A model generated the notes under the pieces. It was not told where the DNA came from and did not search any database. It worked only from the letters and a program-made list of their open reading frames with translations. From Cyanobium sp. M30B3 (GTDB lineage Bacteria; Cyanobacteriota; Cyanobacteriia; PCC-6307; Cyanobiaceae): a DNA stretch of 64,000 nt. The stretch is from contig CP073761.1 in assembly GCA_018399015.1 (NCBI GenBank), forward strand, positions 3,010,465 through 3,074,464. The letters are read 5' to 3'. How positions within the stretch are numbered: the first letter of the stretch is position 1; every line of letters begins with the position of its first letter. Made by a program: the position numbers and the translations under genes. Below, one piece after another: positions 37,594 through 45,882 of this stretch.

Positions 37594-38646
37594 ATGACCG
37601 TTCTTGTGACAGGTGCTGCCGGGTTCATTGGCTTTCATCTGAGCATGCGGCTGCTCAAGCGTGGCACACCAGTCCTGGGTTTCGACAACATAAACCCTTA
37701 CTACGAACCCGCCTTGAAAAGGGCACGAATCGCTCAATTGCGAGCAGTGGCGGAGCGTAGTAGTACCCCTTTTGCTTTAGTCGAAGCTGATCTGAAAGAC
37801 AGTCATGCGGTGGCGGCCGCTTTCCGCGGTCAGGCTGGCGGTGGTAAGGATTTATCGCCCGGTGCCCCCACGAAAGTGGTCAATCTGGCGGCCCAGGCTG
37901 GGGTGCGCTATTCGATCGAGAACCCAGCGGCGTACATCCAAAGCAACGTGGTGGGGTTTGGTCACATCCTTGAAGGCTGCCGCCATCACGGTATAGAGCA
38001 TCTTGTCTATGCCAGCAGTAGCTCGGTATACGGCGGCAACACAAAGCTGCCCTTTTCCGAGCACCAGGGAGTCGACCACCCAGTGAGCCTCTATGCGGCT
38101 AGCAAAAAGGCCAACGAACTCTTGGCACACTCATATAGTCATCTCTATGGGCTTTCCGCCACGGGATTGCGTTTCTTCACCGTCTATGGCCCCTGGGGGA
38201 GGCCGGACATGGCCCTGTTTCTGTTCACGAGGGCGATGCTTGCTGGCAAACCGATTCAGGTATTCAATAATGGCCAGATGATCCGAGATTTTACCTATGT
38301 TGACGACATCGTTGAGAGCCTGATCCGGGTACTTGACAAGCCTGCCACACCGGATCCTGACTTTGATCCTGCCCAGCCCGATCCAGCCACGAGCTGGGCA
38401 CCGCATCGGTTGTTTAATATCGGCAACTCAAATCCCACGCCGCTGATGAACTACATCAAGGCACTGGAGAGTGCATTGGGCATCTCGGCCACCAAGGAAT
38501 TTCTTCCTCTGCAACTCGGTGATGTTCCGGCTACGGCATCTGACACCTCAGCCCTCGAGGCCTGGACGGGGTTTAAACCCAACACGCCGATACAAGAGGG
38601 TGTAACCCGCTTTGTTGCCTGGTACCGGGACTACTACAACGTTTAA
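37594..38646 (+). CDS. NAD-dependent UDP-glucuronate (or UDP-HexNAcA) 4-epimerase, SDR family
   Basis: VLVTGAAGFIGFHL, DN.NPYY...LK..R, SSSSVYG, and catalytic YAASKKANE are present. The overall pattern is typical of Cap1J/LpsL-type epimerases. Confidence 0.85.
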   Translation: MTVLVTGAAGFIGFHLSMRLLKRGTPVLGFDNINPYYEPALKRARIAQLRAVAERSSTPFALVEADLKDSHAVAAAFRGQAGGGKDLSPGAPTKVVNLAAQAGVRYSIENPAAYIQSNVVGFGHILEGCRHHGIEHLVYASSSSVYGGNTKLPFSEHQGVDHPVSLYAASKKANELLAHSYSHLYGLSATGLRFFTVYGPWGRPDMALFLFTRAMLAGKPIQVFNNGQMIRDFTYVDDIVESLIRVLDKPATPDPDFDPAQPDPATSWAPHRLFNIGNSNPTPLMNYIKALESALGISATKEFLPLQLGDVPATASDTSALEAWTGFKPNTPIQEGVTRFVAWYRDYYNV

Positions 38647-38692
38647 ATGTTGAACTGTTCCCAAAACCATCCGCACGATCTCGGCCCCTACT

Positions 38693-40141
38693 TTGTGCTT
38701 TGTCTTGACAACTCCCCCACCTGCCAAATTATTGTTGGGTAACCCCTCTCCGGAGAATGCATCAATAGCTGTGCTCCCCCCGCTCCATACCTGCACGGTG
38801 GCGGTTATCGGCCTGGGCTATGTGGGCCTGCCGCTGGCTGCCACCTTCGCCATACCAGGTGCCTGCTTGCGCACCGGTGCCCCCCTGCAGCGGCGCGTCA
38901 TCGGTTTCGACATCAACGGTCAGCGGCTGGAGGAGCTGAGGCAAGGGATCGACCGCACTCTCGAAACCAGCCGGGAAACCCTTCAGGACGCTGCCCTGCT
39001 GGAATTCTCCAGCGATCCGAAGCAACTCGCAGAAGCCGATGTTTATGTGGTCACAGTCCCCACGCCGATTGATGCCTCCAAACGCCCTGATCTGATGCCG
39101 CTGAAGAAGGCCAGCGCAACGGTGGGACAGGCACTTCGGCAAAGGGCTGAACGGCAGCGCGGTCATGCCCATGCCGCCACCACACCCATTGTGATCTATG
39201 AAAGTACAGTCTATCCCGGTGCTACAGAAGAAGTGTGCGTGCCGATCCTCGAGCGTGAATCAGGCCTGCGCTTCAACGCACATGAACCAGCGGCTGGCTT
39301 TGTGTGTGGCTACAGCCCCGAGCGGATCAACCCTGGCGACAACGACCATAAGCTCACCACGATCACCAAGGTGACCAGTGGCAGCACTGCCGACGCAGCT
39401 GCCTGGGTTGATGACTTCTACGGTTCAATTATTCAAGCAGGCACCCACCGGGCTGCGAATCTGAAGGTGGCAGAAGCGGCGAAGGTGATCGAGAACACCC
39501 AGCGTGATCTCAACATTGCCCTGGTGAACGAGCTGGCGATCATCTTCCACCAACTGGGGATCGACACGCTGGATGTGTTGGAGGCGGCTGGAACCAAGTG
39601 GAACTTTCTGCCCTTTCGACCTGGGCTTGTGGGGGGCCACTGCATCGGCGTGGACCCCTACTACCTCACCCACAAGGCCGAGCAACTTGGCTATCACCCG
39701 CAGGTCGTACTGGCGGGCCGGCGCATCAACGATGGCATGGGCCGCTGGGTCGTGGAGCAACTGGTGGTGGAGATGGCGAGGAATAGCATGGTGATCGCGG
39801 GATCGTCGGTGCTGGTGCTCGGGCTGAGCTTCAAGGAGAACTGCCCGGACCTGCGCAACACGCGGGTGGTGGATGTGATCGCGGCTCTGCAGCGCTATGG
39901 GATCCAGCCCATCCTGGTCGATCCCTGGGTGGATGCAGATGAGGCCATGCGGGAGTATGGCCTGACAGTGCTGGATTCAATCCCTGAGGGGTCCCGGTAC
40001 CAGGCCGTGATTGCCGCAGTAGCCCACCTTCAATTCATCAATCTTACAGAAGAGTGCTGGTCGAGGCTCTTGCAACCCGATGGCCTATTCTTAGATCTGA
40101 AAGGGATTCTTCCTAGAAGCCTCAATCCGCTACGCCTGTAG
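38693..40141 (+). CDS. Nucleotide-sugar 6-dehydrogenase (TviB/WbpO-like UDP-HexNAc dehydrogenase family)
   Basis: VAVIGLGYVGLPLA, the catalytic Cys context GLVGGHCIGVDPYYL, and LGLSFKENCPD.RN are present. The start is uncertain (TTG 38693 or GTG 38771). Confidence 0.85.
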   Translation: MCFVLTTPPPAKLLLGNPSPENASIAVLPPLHTCTVAVIGLGYVGLPLAATFAIPGACLRTGAPLQRRVIGFDINGQRLEELRQGIDRTLETSRETLQDAALLEFSSDPKQLAEADVYVVTVPTPIDASKRPDLMPLKKASATVGQALRQRAERQRGHAHAATTPIVIYESTVYPGATEEVCVPILERESGLRFNAHEPAAGFVCGYSPERINPGDNDHKLTTITKVTSGSTADAAAWVDDFYGSIIQAGTHRAANLKVAEAAKVIENTQRDLNIALVNELAIIFHQLGIDTLDVLEAAGTKWNFLPFRPGLVGGHCIGVDPYYLTHKAEQLGYHPQVVLAGRRINDGMGRWVVEQLVVEMARNSMVIAGSSVLVLGLSFKENCPDLRNTRVVDVIAALQRYGIQPILVDPWVDADEAMREYGLTVLDSIPEGSRYQAVIAAVAHLQFINLTEECWSRLLQPDGLFLDLKGILPRSLNPLRL

Positions 40142-40177
40142 ATTCTGCTGCACAGAACCCCATGATCAGGCTATAAA

Positions 40178-41218
40178 GTGTCCGCTCAGCAATTTGTCAC
40201 GATTGAGCGCTGCCCGCTTTGCGACAGCACTGCCGCGACTGAACACTCGGCGCCGGAAGCTAATCTCTACTCCGAGAAACTTGCGGAGATCGTGAGAACC
40301 GACGAGCGGCAGATGCTTCGCCAATATGGCAATTGGCGATGTTCGGATTGTGGTCTTGTGTTCAAGCGGCGCTGGTTCGCACCGGCGGTCATCCGCGAGT
40401 TGTTCAGCACCCCCGTTGCCTCCCATCCCAAGGGCTGGGACACCGTGCTCGCAAGGTTTTCCGCACATGGATTCCAGCGAACAGTCGAGTTCTGGGCCAT
40501 GGCCATCGGCCGTCAGGAGATACCGGATGTGCGGCGCGGCGAGCGGGAGTTGCTTTCGATCGTCGATTCGATCAGGGCACCAACGGGCTTTGAACCCGTC
40601 GCGATCGCGGCGGCTGTCGCCAGCGGTGATGTGGGGATGGTGCGGGCGCTCACCCCCGCGATCACAGCCTCGATCAGCGAGCCAGCAGCCTTCAAGAGGT
40701 TCTCTGGCTTCCGCTCTCTCGAGCTCTGGGAGTATCTGCAATCCCGGACTGGCGGATTCACCGAATACGCCGAGGTCGGCTGCCCGCTATGGGGCCTCCT
40801 CGCGCTGGCCGCGGACTTCGGCTGCCGTGCCACCTATCTCGTTCGCGATGAACCGAATTACTGGGGCCCCGGCTGCAGGAGCTCCGGCGTGCACTGCCTG
40901 GACCGACTTCTCGTCGACCGGCGCATTGGCTCCGCCCCATGGTCGGCCCCTGATCACCAGGCGATGATCGGCCTCTTCCAATACCTCGATCACCTGATCG
41001 CGCCGAGCCGCTTTCTCAAGCAGCTGTTTGCCAAGGCCGGCTCGGCTGCCATCATCATGGACGGCATCGATGCTCCAGTAGCGATCCAGCACGTGACCGG
41101 CTGGACTGACGACAGTTTTGCTTTCATCGCCCGGATATTCAGCAAGCACCTGCATACCGACTTCGACCCCATCCGCCCTTCCGGCAACCGCCTGTTTCTC
41201 CTCACCCCGAAGCGTTGA
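40178..41218 (+). CDS. Hypothetical protein with an N-terminal Cys4 zinc-ribbon; possibly a class I SAM-methyltransferase-like fold
   Basis: CPLCDS...(about 30 aa)...CSDCGLVF is followed later by YAEVGCPLWGLLALAA, which loosely resembles SAM motif I. GTG start. The function is not established. Confidence 0.4.
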   Translation: MSAQQFVTIERCPLCDSTAATEHSAPEANLYSEKLAEIVRTDERQMLRQYGNWRCSDCGLVFKRRWFAPAVIRELFSTPVASHPKGWDTVLARFSAHGFQRTVEFWAMAIGRQEIPDVRRGERELLSIVDSIRAPTGFEPVAIAAAVASGDVGMVRALTPAITASISEPAAFKRFSGFRSLELWEYLQSRTGGFTEYAEVGCPLWGLLALAADFGCRATYLVRDEPNYWGPGCRSSGVHCLDRLLVDRRIGSAPWSAPDHQAMIGLFQYLDHLIAPSRFLKQLFAKAGSAAIIMDGIDAPVAIQHVTGWTDDSFAFIARIFSKHLHTDFDPIRPSGNRLFLLTPKR

Positions 41219-41229
41219 CATCTACCGGC

Positions 41230-42546
41230 ATGTCGATCCTCGACGACCACCCCGACTGCTCAGCCCTCGACGCCGAGGGCATGCGGATGCTGGCCCTGCT
41301 TGAGCAGCTGTTGCCCATCCACCGCAGTCTTGCCGGGCCAGGCATCCGCGAGACCCTCGCGATCCTCGGCTCGTCGCTTGAGGGTTTTACCGTGACGCAG
41401 GTTGCCTCGGGCAGTCGCGTGCTGGATTGGATCGTTCCCGAGGAATGGCACCTGCGCTCCGCATCTCTGGAGTCTCCAGACGGGCACCGGCTGTGCGACG
41501 TGGCTGACAACACGCTCCACGTCGTGGGCTACAGCACAGCCGTGGACGAGAAGCTTTCCCTCGCCGAGTTGCAACCGCACCTCTACTCACTGCCCGACCA
41601 GCCCGACGCGATTCCGTACGTCACCTCCTACTACGAGCGGAAATGGGGATTCTGCCTGTCGCATCGGCAGCGTGAGAGCCTGCCGGAGGGCACGTATCAC
41701 GCTCGCATCGACGCAAATCACGTTGCTGGATCGTTGGACTACGGCCAGCTCGTGCTGCCGGGTCGGACAGCTGATGAAATCCTCTTTTCCACCTACTGCT
41801 GCCATCCGGCGATGGCCAACAACGAGCTGTCGGGCCCCGTGTTGGCCGCAGCCCTGGCCGAGTGGCTCGCTGCCCTGCCGGACCGTCGCTACACCTACCG
41901 ATTCGTGTTCGTTCCGGAAATGATCGGATCGGCGGCCGTTCTCGAAACTCAGCGCGAGCACCTAAGAAGCCATGTGCGGGCCGCCTTCAACCTGACCTGT
42001 GTGGGCGATGAGCGCACCTGGTCGTTCCTTCCCTCGCGGCTGGGCGATACCTATGCCGATCAGGTCGCCCGCCATGTACTCAGGCACGCCGTGGGCAGCT
42101 ACGACACCTATGCCTGGCGCGACCGTGGCAGCGACGAAAGTATGTACTGCGCTCCCGGCATCGATATCCCGATGGTGTCGATCATGCGCTCAAAGTATGG
42201 TACTTATCCCGAATACCACACTTCGCTTGACACGCCGGGCCGCGTGGTCACGGCCCGAGGCCTCGCTGAAACGCTCGGCTTACACCGCACGCTCGTTGAG
42301 ACGCTCGAGCACGACTGCGCACCCCGCGCTCTCGTGCTCGGCGAGCCCCAGCTCGGCCGGCGCGGCCTCTATCCTCAGACTAGCATCAAGGGGAGCACAG
42401 CAGTGGTGAAAGATCTGCTCGATCTCATCTCCCACGCCGACGGTCACACCAGTCTGCTCGACATTGCCGCCCGCTGCGACCGTCCGCTGTGGTCGCTGCT
42501 GCCGCACCTCGAAGTACTCGTCACCGCCGGAGTGATGGAGCGGTGA
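41230..42546 (+). CDS. Aminopeptidase-like (DUF4910/DUF2172, M28-like) domain protein typical of polysaccharide loci
   Basis: LLPIHRSLAGPGIRETL, VLDWIVPEEW, YVTSYYERKWGFC, CHP.MANNELSG, FVFVPEMIGS match my memory of COG4310-type proteins. An alternative TTG at 41215 overlaps the upstream stop. Confidence 0.68.
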   Translation: MSILDDHPDCSALDAEGMRMLALLEQLLPIHRSLAGPGIRETLAILGSSLEGFTVTQVASGSRVLDWIVPEEWHLRSASLESPDGHRLCDVADNTLHVVGYSTAVDEKLSLAELQPHLYSLPDQPDAIPYVTSYYERKWGFCLSHRQRESLPEGTYHARIDANHVAGSLDYGQLVLPGRTADEILFSTYCCHPAMANNELSGPVLAAALAEWLAALPDRRYTYRFVFVPEMIGSAAVLETQREHLRSHVRAAFNLTCVGDERTWSFLPSRLGDTYADQVARHVLRHAVGSYDTYAWRDRGSDESMYCAPGIDIPMVSIMRSKYGTYPEYHTSLDTPGRVVTARGLAETLGLHRTLVETLEHDCAPRALVLGEPQLGRRGLYPQTSIKGSTAVVKDLLDLISHADGHTSLLDIAARCDRPLWSLLPHLEVLVTAGVMER

Positions 42547-42548
42547 GC

Positions 42549-43238
42549 ATGCACCTGGGCATTCTCGTCTTTGCACGATCCGGCTCGAGCCGGTTGCCAG
42601 ACAAAGCGCTGCGTCTTATCGGAGGGATTCCCTTGCTCGAGCGCGTCATCCGGCGAGCACAGCTGCTCCCGTACCCCACGTTTCTGGCAACGACCGATCA
42701 CCCGGCTGATGATCGGCTTGTGGCGCTCGCGAGGCGACTGGGAGTCGCATCGTTTCGGGGTTCGGAAGATCGGGTTCTCGAGCGGGCCGTCCTCGCCGCC
42801 GAGGCCTTCGGACTCGACGCCTTTGCCCGGCTTTGCGGCGACCGGCCGTTGTTTCCGCTCGATGACCTCCAAGAGGCGGCAGAGATGATGCAGAGAGTGT
42901 CTGTGTCGGAACCGCAGGCGGGCCCCGATCTGGTCACCACATACGCGGACGGCCGCTGCCCGCGAGGCCTGATGACCGAGATCGTGCGGACTGGCACGCT
43001 GCGGCGTGTCCTCAACCATGGCGTGAGCAGCGAGCAGCAGGAGCACCTCACCCTTTACTTCTACGAGCACCGGGAAGACTTCCGCATTGTGAACCTTCCG
43101 AGTCCGGACAGTTCGTTCGTCTGCCCTGGCTTTGCCGTGGACAGCCAATCAGACCTTGGCAACCTCGACCGCATCTGTAGCGCGAACCCGGCTCTCGACC
43201 TCACCCCCGCAGAGGCTGACCGCATCCATACATCATGA
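42549..43238 (+). CDS. SpsF/CMP-sugar-type cytidylyltransferase family protein
   Basis: MHLGILVFARSGSSRLPDKALRLIGGIPLLERVIRRA, then ATTDHPADDRLV and FRGSEDRVLERA are present. An alternative GTG at 42543 overlaps the upstream stop (GTGA). Confidence 0.75.
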   Translation: MHLGILVFARSGSSRLPDKALRLIGGIPLLERVIRRAQLLPYPTFLATTDHPADDRLVALARRLGVASFRGSEDRVLERAVLAAEAFGLDAFARLCGDRPLFPLDDLQEAAEMMQRVSVSEPQAGPDLVTTYADGRCPRGLMTEIVRTGTLRRVLNHGVSSEQQEHLTLYFYEHREDFRIVNLPSPDSSFVCPGFAVDSQSDLGNLDRICSANPALDLTPAEADRIHTS

Positions 43239-43936
43239 GAGACTTTTTTATCTATCCAGCCCAGACGAACCTCGAGCTCTACGCGCAGGCCATCAGCCAT
43301 GGTTATTCCAGTGACCAGTGCCGAGCGCTCGCCGACGCCTACGTGTTTGCCCTGCGGCAGGTGTTTTCCCTGGCTCGCGGCTCAGGCAAACCCTTTATCG
43401 CCCATCTCGTGGGTACCGCAAGTCTTGTGATGGAATCCGGCTGCCCCGACCACTGGGTGATCGGGGCCCTGCTTCACGCCGTTTATCAGCACCGAGTTCC
43501 CTTCGAGGCTGGCCTTGAGCCAGAGGAGCGGAGAGTGGTGCTCGCGGATCGCTTTGGCACTCAGGTAGATGATCTTGTGCACCGCTACACGTCGTTTGAG
43601 TCGGCCGACCTGGGCGCCTACTCAGGCACCGCTGCACTGGCAGAAGCAGATGTGCTCACACTCCGCCTTGCCGACGAGCTTGAGGATCTCTGCGGAAACG
43701 CTCTCGCGCTGCACGGCAACGCAGGAGCAGATGACATCGGCCTGCGAGGCGGTTACCCGTGGCGCCGAGATGCCAAGACCACCGAGGCGCCAACGCTGCT
43801 CGAGCTGACCCGCAGGCTCAGCCTCGATGGCATGCATCGAGGCTTCAGCCAATGGTTGGTTTTTGAGTCCACTCCAGCTGCACTTGCGGACATGCGCACA
43901 GGCTGGTTCAGTAGTGTGTCCTTAGTTATCGCTTAA
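43235..43936 (+). CDS. Hypothetical protein (possible HD-superfamily-like helical domain)
   Basis: ATGA overlap with the cytidylyltransferase gene. FIAHLVGTASLV...ALLHAVYQH is faintly HD-like. No confident family. Confidence 0.45.
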   Translation: MRDFFIYPAQTNLELYAQAISHGYSSDQCRALADAYVFALRQVFSLARGSGKPFIAHLVGTASLVMESGCPDHWVIGALLHAVYQHRVPFEAGLEPEERRVVLADRFGTQVDDLVHRYTSFESADLGAYSGTAALAEADVLTLRLADELEDLCGNALALHGNAGADDIGLRGGYPWRRDAKTTEAPTLLELTRRLSLDGMHRGFSQWLVFESTPAALADMRTGWFSSVSLVIA

Positions 43937-44051
43937 CGTAGACGCCTTTGATTAACCTATGCTTCAGTTTCATATTGGATATTGCAGACCAGATTGGCTT
44001 CGGATTACGGCCTGAACCATTCTCAGAGTCCATGCGGGCACCGCACGCATA

Positions 44052-44297
44052 TCAACTGTTTCGTGCAGGAGGCACGGGAATCCCCGCGCTGTTGCAGCCA
44101 CGGCGGGCCCGCATCCACGCCGTCAGCCGTCGCGACATGGACTGCGGCAGACCGCGGAGCCAGATCATGCGTTCCGCCACGGTCCACGGGCGATCGTCGA
44201 TCAGCCACGTGTTGCTGACGGCCGTCGATCGCGCTCGGTTCACTTCCGCGGTTGCCCTTGTCCCGGGGGAGCATTCGACGGGTCGGCTCGACCGCAT
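44052..44297 (-). CDS. Hypothetical small protein (81 aa)
   Basis: ATG lies 10 nt after the GT2 stop on the same strand, and third positions are G/C-rich like neighbouring genes. No recognisable family, so it may not be expressed. Confidence 0.3.
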   Translation of the reverse strand: MRSSRPVECSPGTRATAEVNRARSTAVSNTWLIDDRPWTVAERMIWLRGLPQSMSRRLTAWMRARRGCNSAGIPVPPARNS

Positions 44298-44307
44298 GGC
44301 CTGGGGC

Positions 44308-45129
44308 TCAGGATCGCCCTCCGCGACGACGGGCGTTCGCCTCGGTGACGATGGCCAGGATTCCGCGGTCGGCGGCCGTCCGCCTGTAGCGATAGACGGC
44401 GTGCTTCACGCCCCACGACAACCGCTGCAGAGCGGAGGGACGCGGGGGGGCAGGATGCGCCGTTCGATTGCGACGAGCGGCGGCGTGGTAGGCCTCGATG
44501 TCGGTGGTTTTCTGCCCGGGATGCCGGCGGAACTCACCGAGCGTCGCGTGGATCTTGCCGGGCGCCTCCCGCCTCGCCATGCGCAGCCAGAGGTCAAAGT
44601 CCATCGTCAGCTGACAGTCGGGATCGATCTCGCCGACTGTGAAATACAAGTCCCGACGAAAAAACACCGCCTCCTGCGGCAGATAGCAGTCGCCCCAGTA
44701 CAGCTCCAGGTAGTCCACCGGGGCCACGTAGCGCGACGACATACGACGCCCTGCCGCATCGATGAAGTCGTGGTCGCCGTAGGCCCATTGGATGCCGGGG
44801 TTGCGGTCGAAGTAATCGATGACCTTCGGCAACGCTCCGTCGATGAGGCGATCATCGCTGTTCAGCCAGCTCAAGATAGAACCCCGCGCCAGGCGGAAGC
44901 CCTCCCGCAGAGCGGCCGCCTGCCCGCCGTCTGGTCTGCTCTGCCAGTGGGCAAGCCGATGTTCATACGTCCTGATCACATTCAGCGATCCGTCCGTCGA
45001 CCCGCCATCCATCACCAGAATCTCGCAGACGTGCGCGGGGTAGTGCGCCAGGCAGTCCAGACACTCCTTCAGGAACGCCCCCTGGTTGAACGATGGCACC
45101 ACCACGCTCACGCAAGGTCCTGCAGCCAT
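44308..45129 (-). CDS. Family 2 glycosyltransferase
   Basis: Trimmed to the ATG at 45127-45129: MAAGPCVSVVVPSFNQGAFLKECLDC, ILVMDGGSTDGS, LNSDD. A GTG at 45165 is an alternative start. Confidence 0.8.
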   Translation of the reverse strand: MAAGPCVSVVVPSFNQGAFLKECLDCLAHYPAHVCEILVMDGGSTDGSLNVIRTYEHRLAHWQSRPDGGQAAALREGFRLARGSILSWLNSDDRLIDGALPKVIDYFDRNPGIQWAYGDHDFIDAAGRRMSSRYVAPVDYLELYWGDCYLPQEAVFFRRDLYFTVGEIDPDCQLTMDFDLWLRMARREAPGKIHATLGEFRRHPGQKTTDIEAYHAAARRNRTAHPAPPRPSALQRLSWGVKHAVYRYRRTAADRGILAIVTEANARRRGGRS

Positions 45130-45273
45130 CCGTCTAACCCACTGGCTGGGAGCGTCGATCGCCACGGACGGATTCGCAGGTTGAAGCCGACGTCGTCAAG
45201 AAGCTGAGCAGCACGGCCTCGGCACGGGGGCGGTCTGCGGGGGTCTTCGCCTGCAGGCTCTCGAGCCGCGACA

Positions 45274-45849
45274 TCACGGTGTGATCGACCCGTTCCAGGT
45301 AAGCGTTCCTACAAGTATCATATCGCGCCAGAAGACATGAACGGCGTTGTTGGCGGTGAACAGGGCCTCTCGCTCTAGCCGCAGCCCGCGGCTTGCAGCC
45401 AGATTGATCTGTTTGATGCCGCTGCTGCGGCCATGGCGAATGTGCAGAGCGCGATTTTCGTAGGTACTCACCACCTGGTCCGCCTCATGCATCAGCAGCG
45501 TGTCGAGCGCCTCGGCCACGTGCTCCGGCCGGCGCAGCGGCGCGTGGACGTAGAGAACGGCCACGATGTCTGGGAAGACATCGTGCCGAGCTTCCATGTC
45601 GTCCACCGCGGCGCGGACGATCTCCTGCCGGTGCACATCAGGGTCTGAAAGGTGCGGGTCGCGCACCCGGACCGCCATGCCGGGCCAGGCCGAGCTCCAA
45701 CTCGGCACGGCTTACGGCACAGGCATGCGGCTCAACTCGGTATTCTCAGTCCTGATAAGCCGCTCGCTCAAGGTGGAGACGATCACGAAGGGTGGTGATG
45801 GACGGCACGCGTTTCCTTCACCGAGAGCCTCCGTGATTAGATCGCGCAT
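45274..45849 (-). pseudogene. Decayed cytidylyltransferase-like gene interrupted by an in-frame TAA
   Basis: ORF 45274-45708 contains DIVAVLYVHAPLRRPEHVAEALDTL..HEADQVVS, which resembles the central block of CMP-sugar synthetases, but it lacks the N-terminal nucleotide-binding loop. The same frame upstream (ATG 45847-45849) reads ...FVIVSTLSERLIRTEN.ELSRMPVP then TAA (45712-45714), a degenerate version of that loop. Confidence 0.4.
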
Positions 45850-45882
45850 CACTGTGCGACATCCCACTAGTTCCAACCGGAG

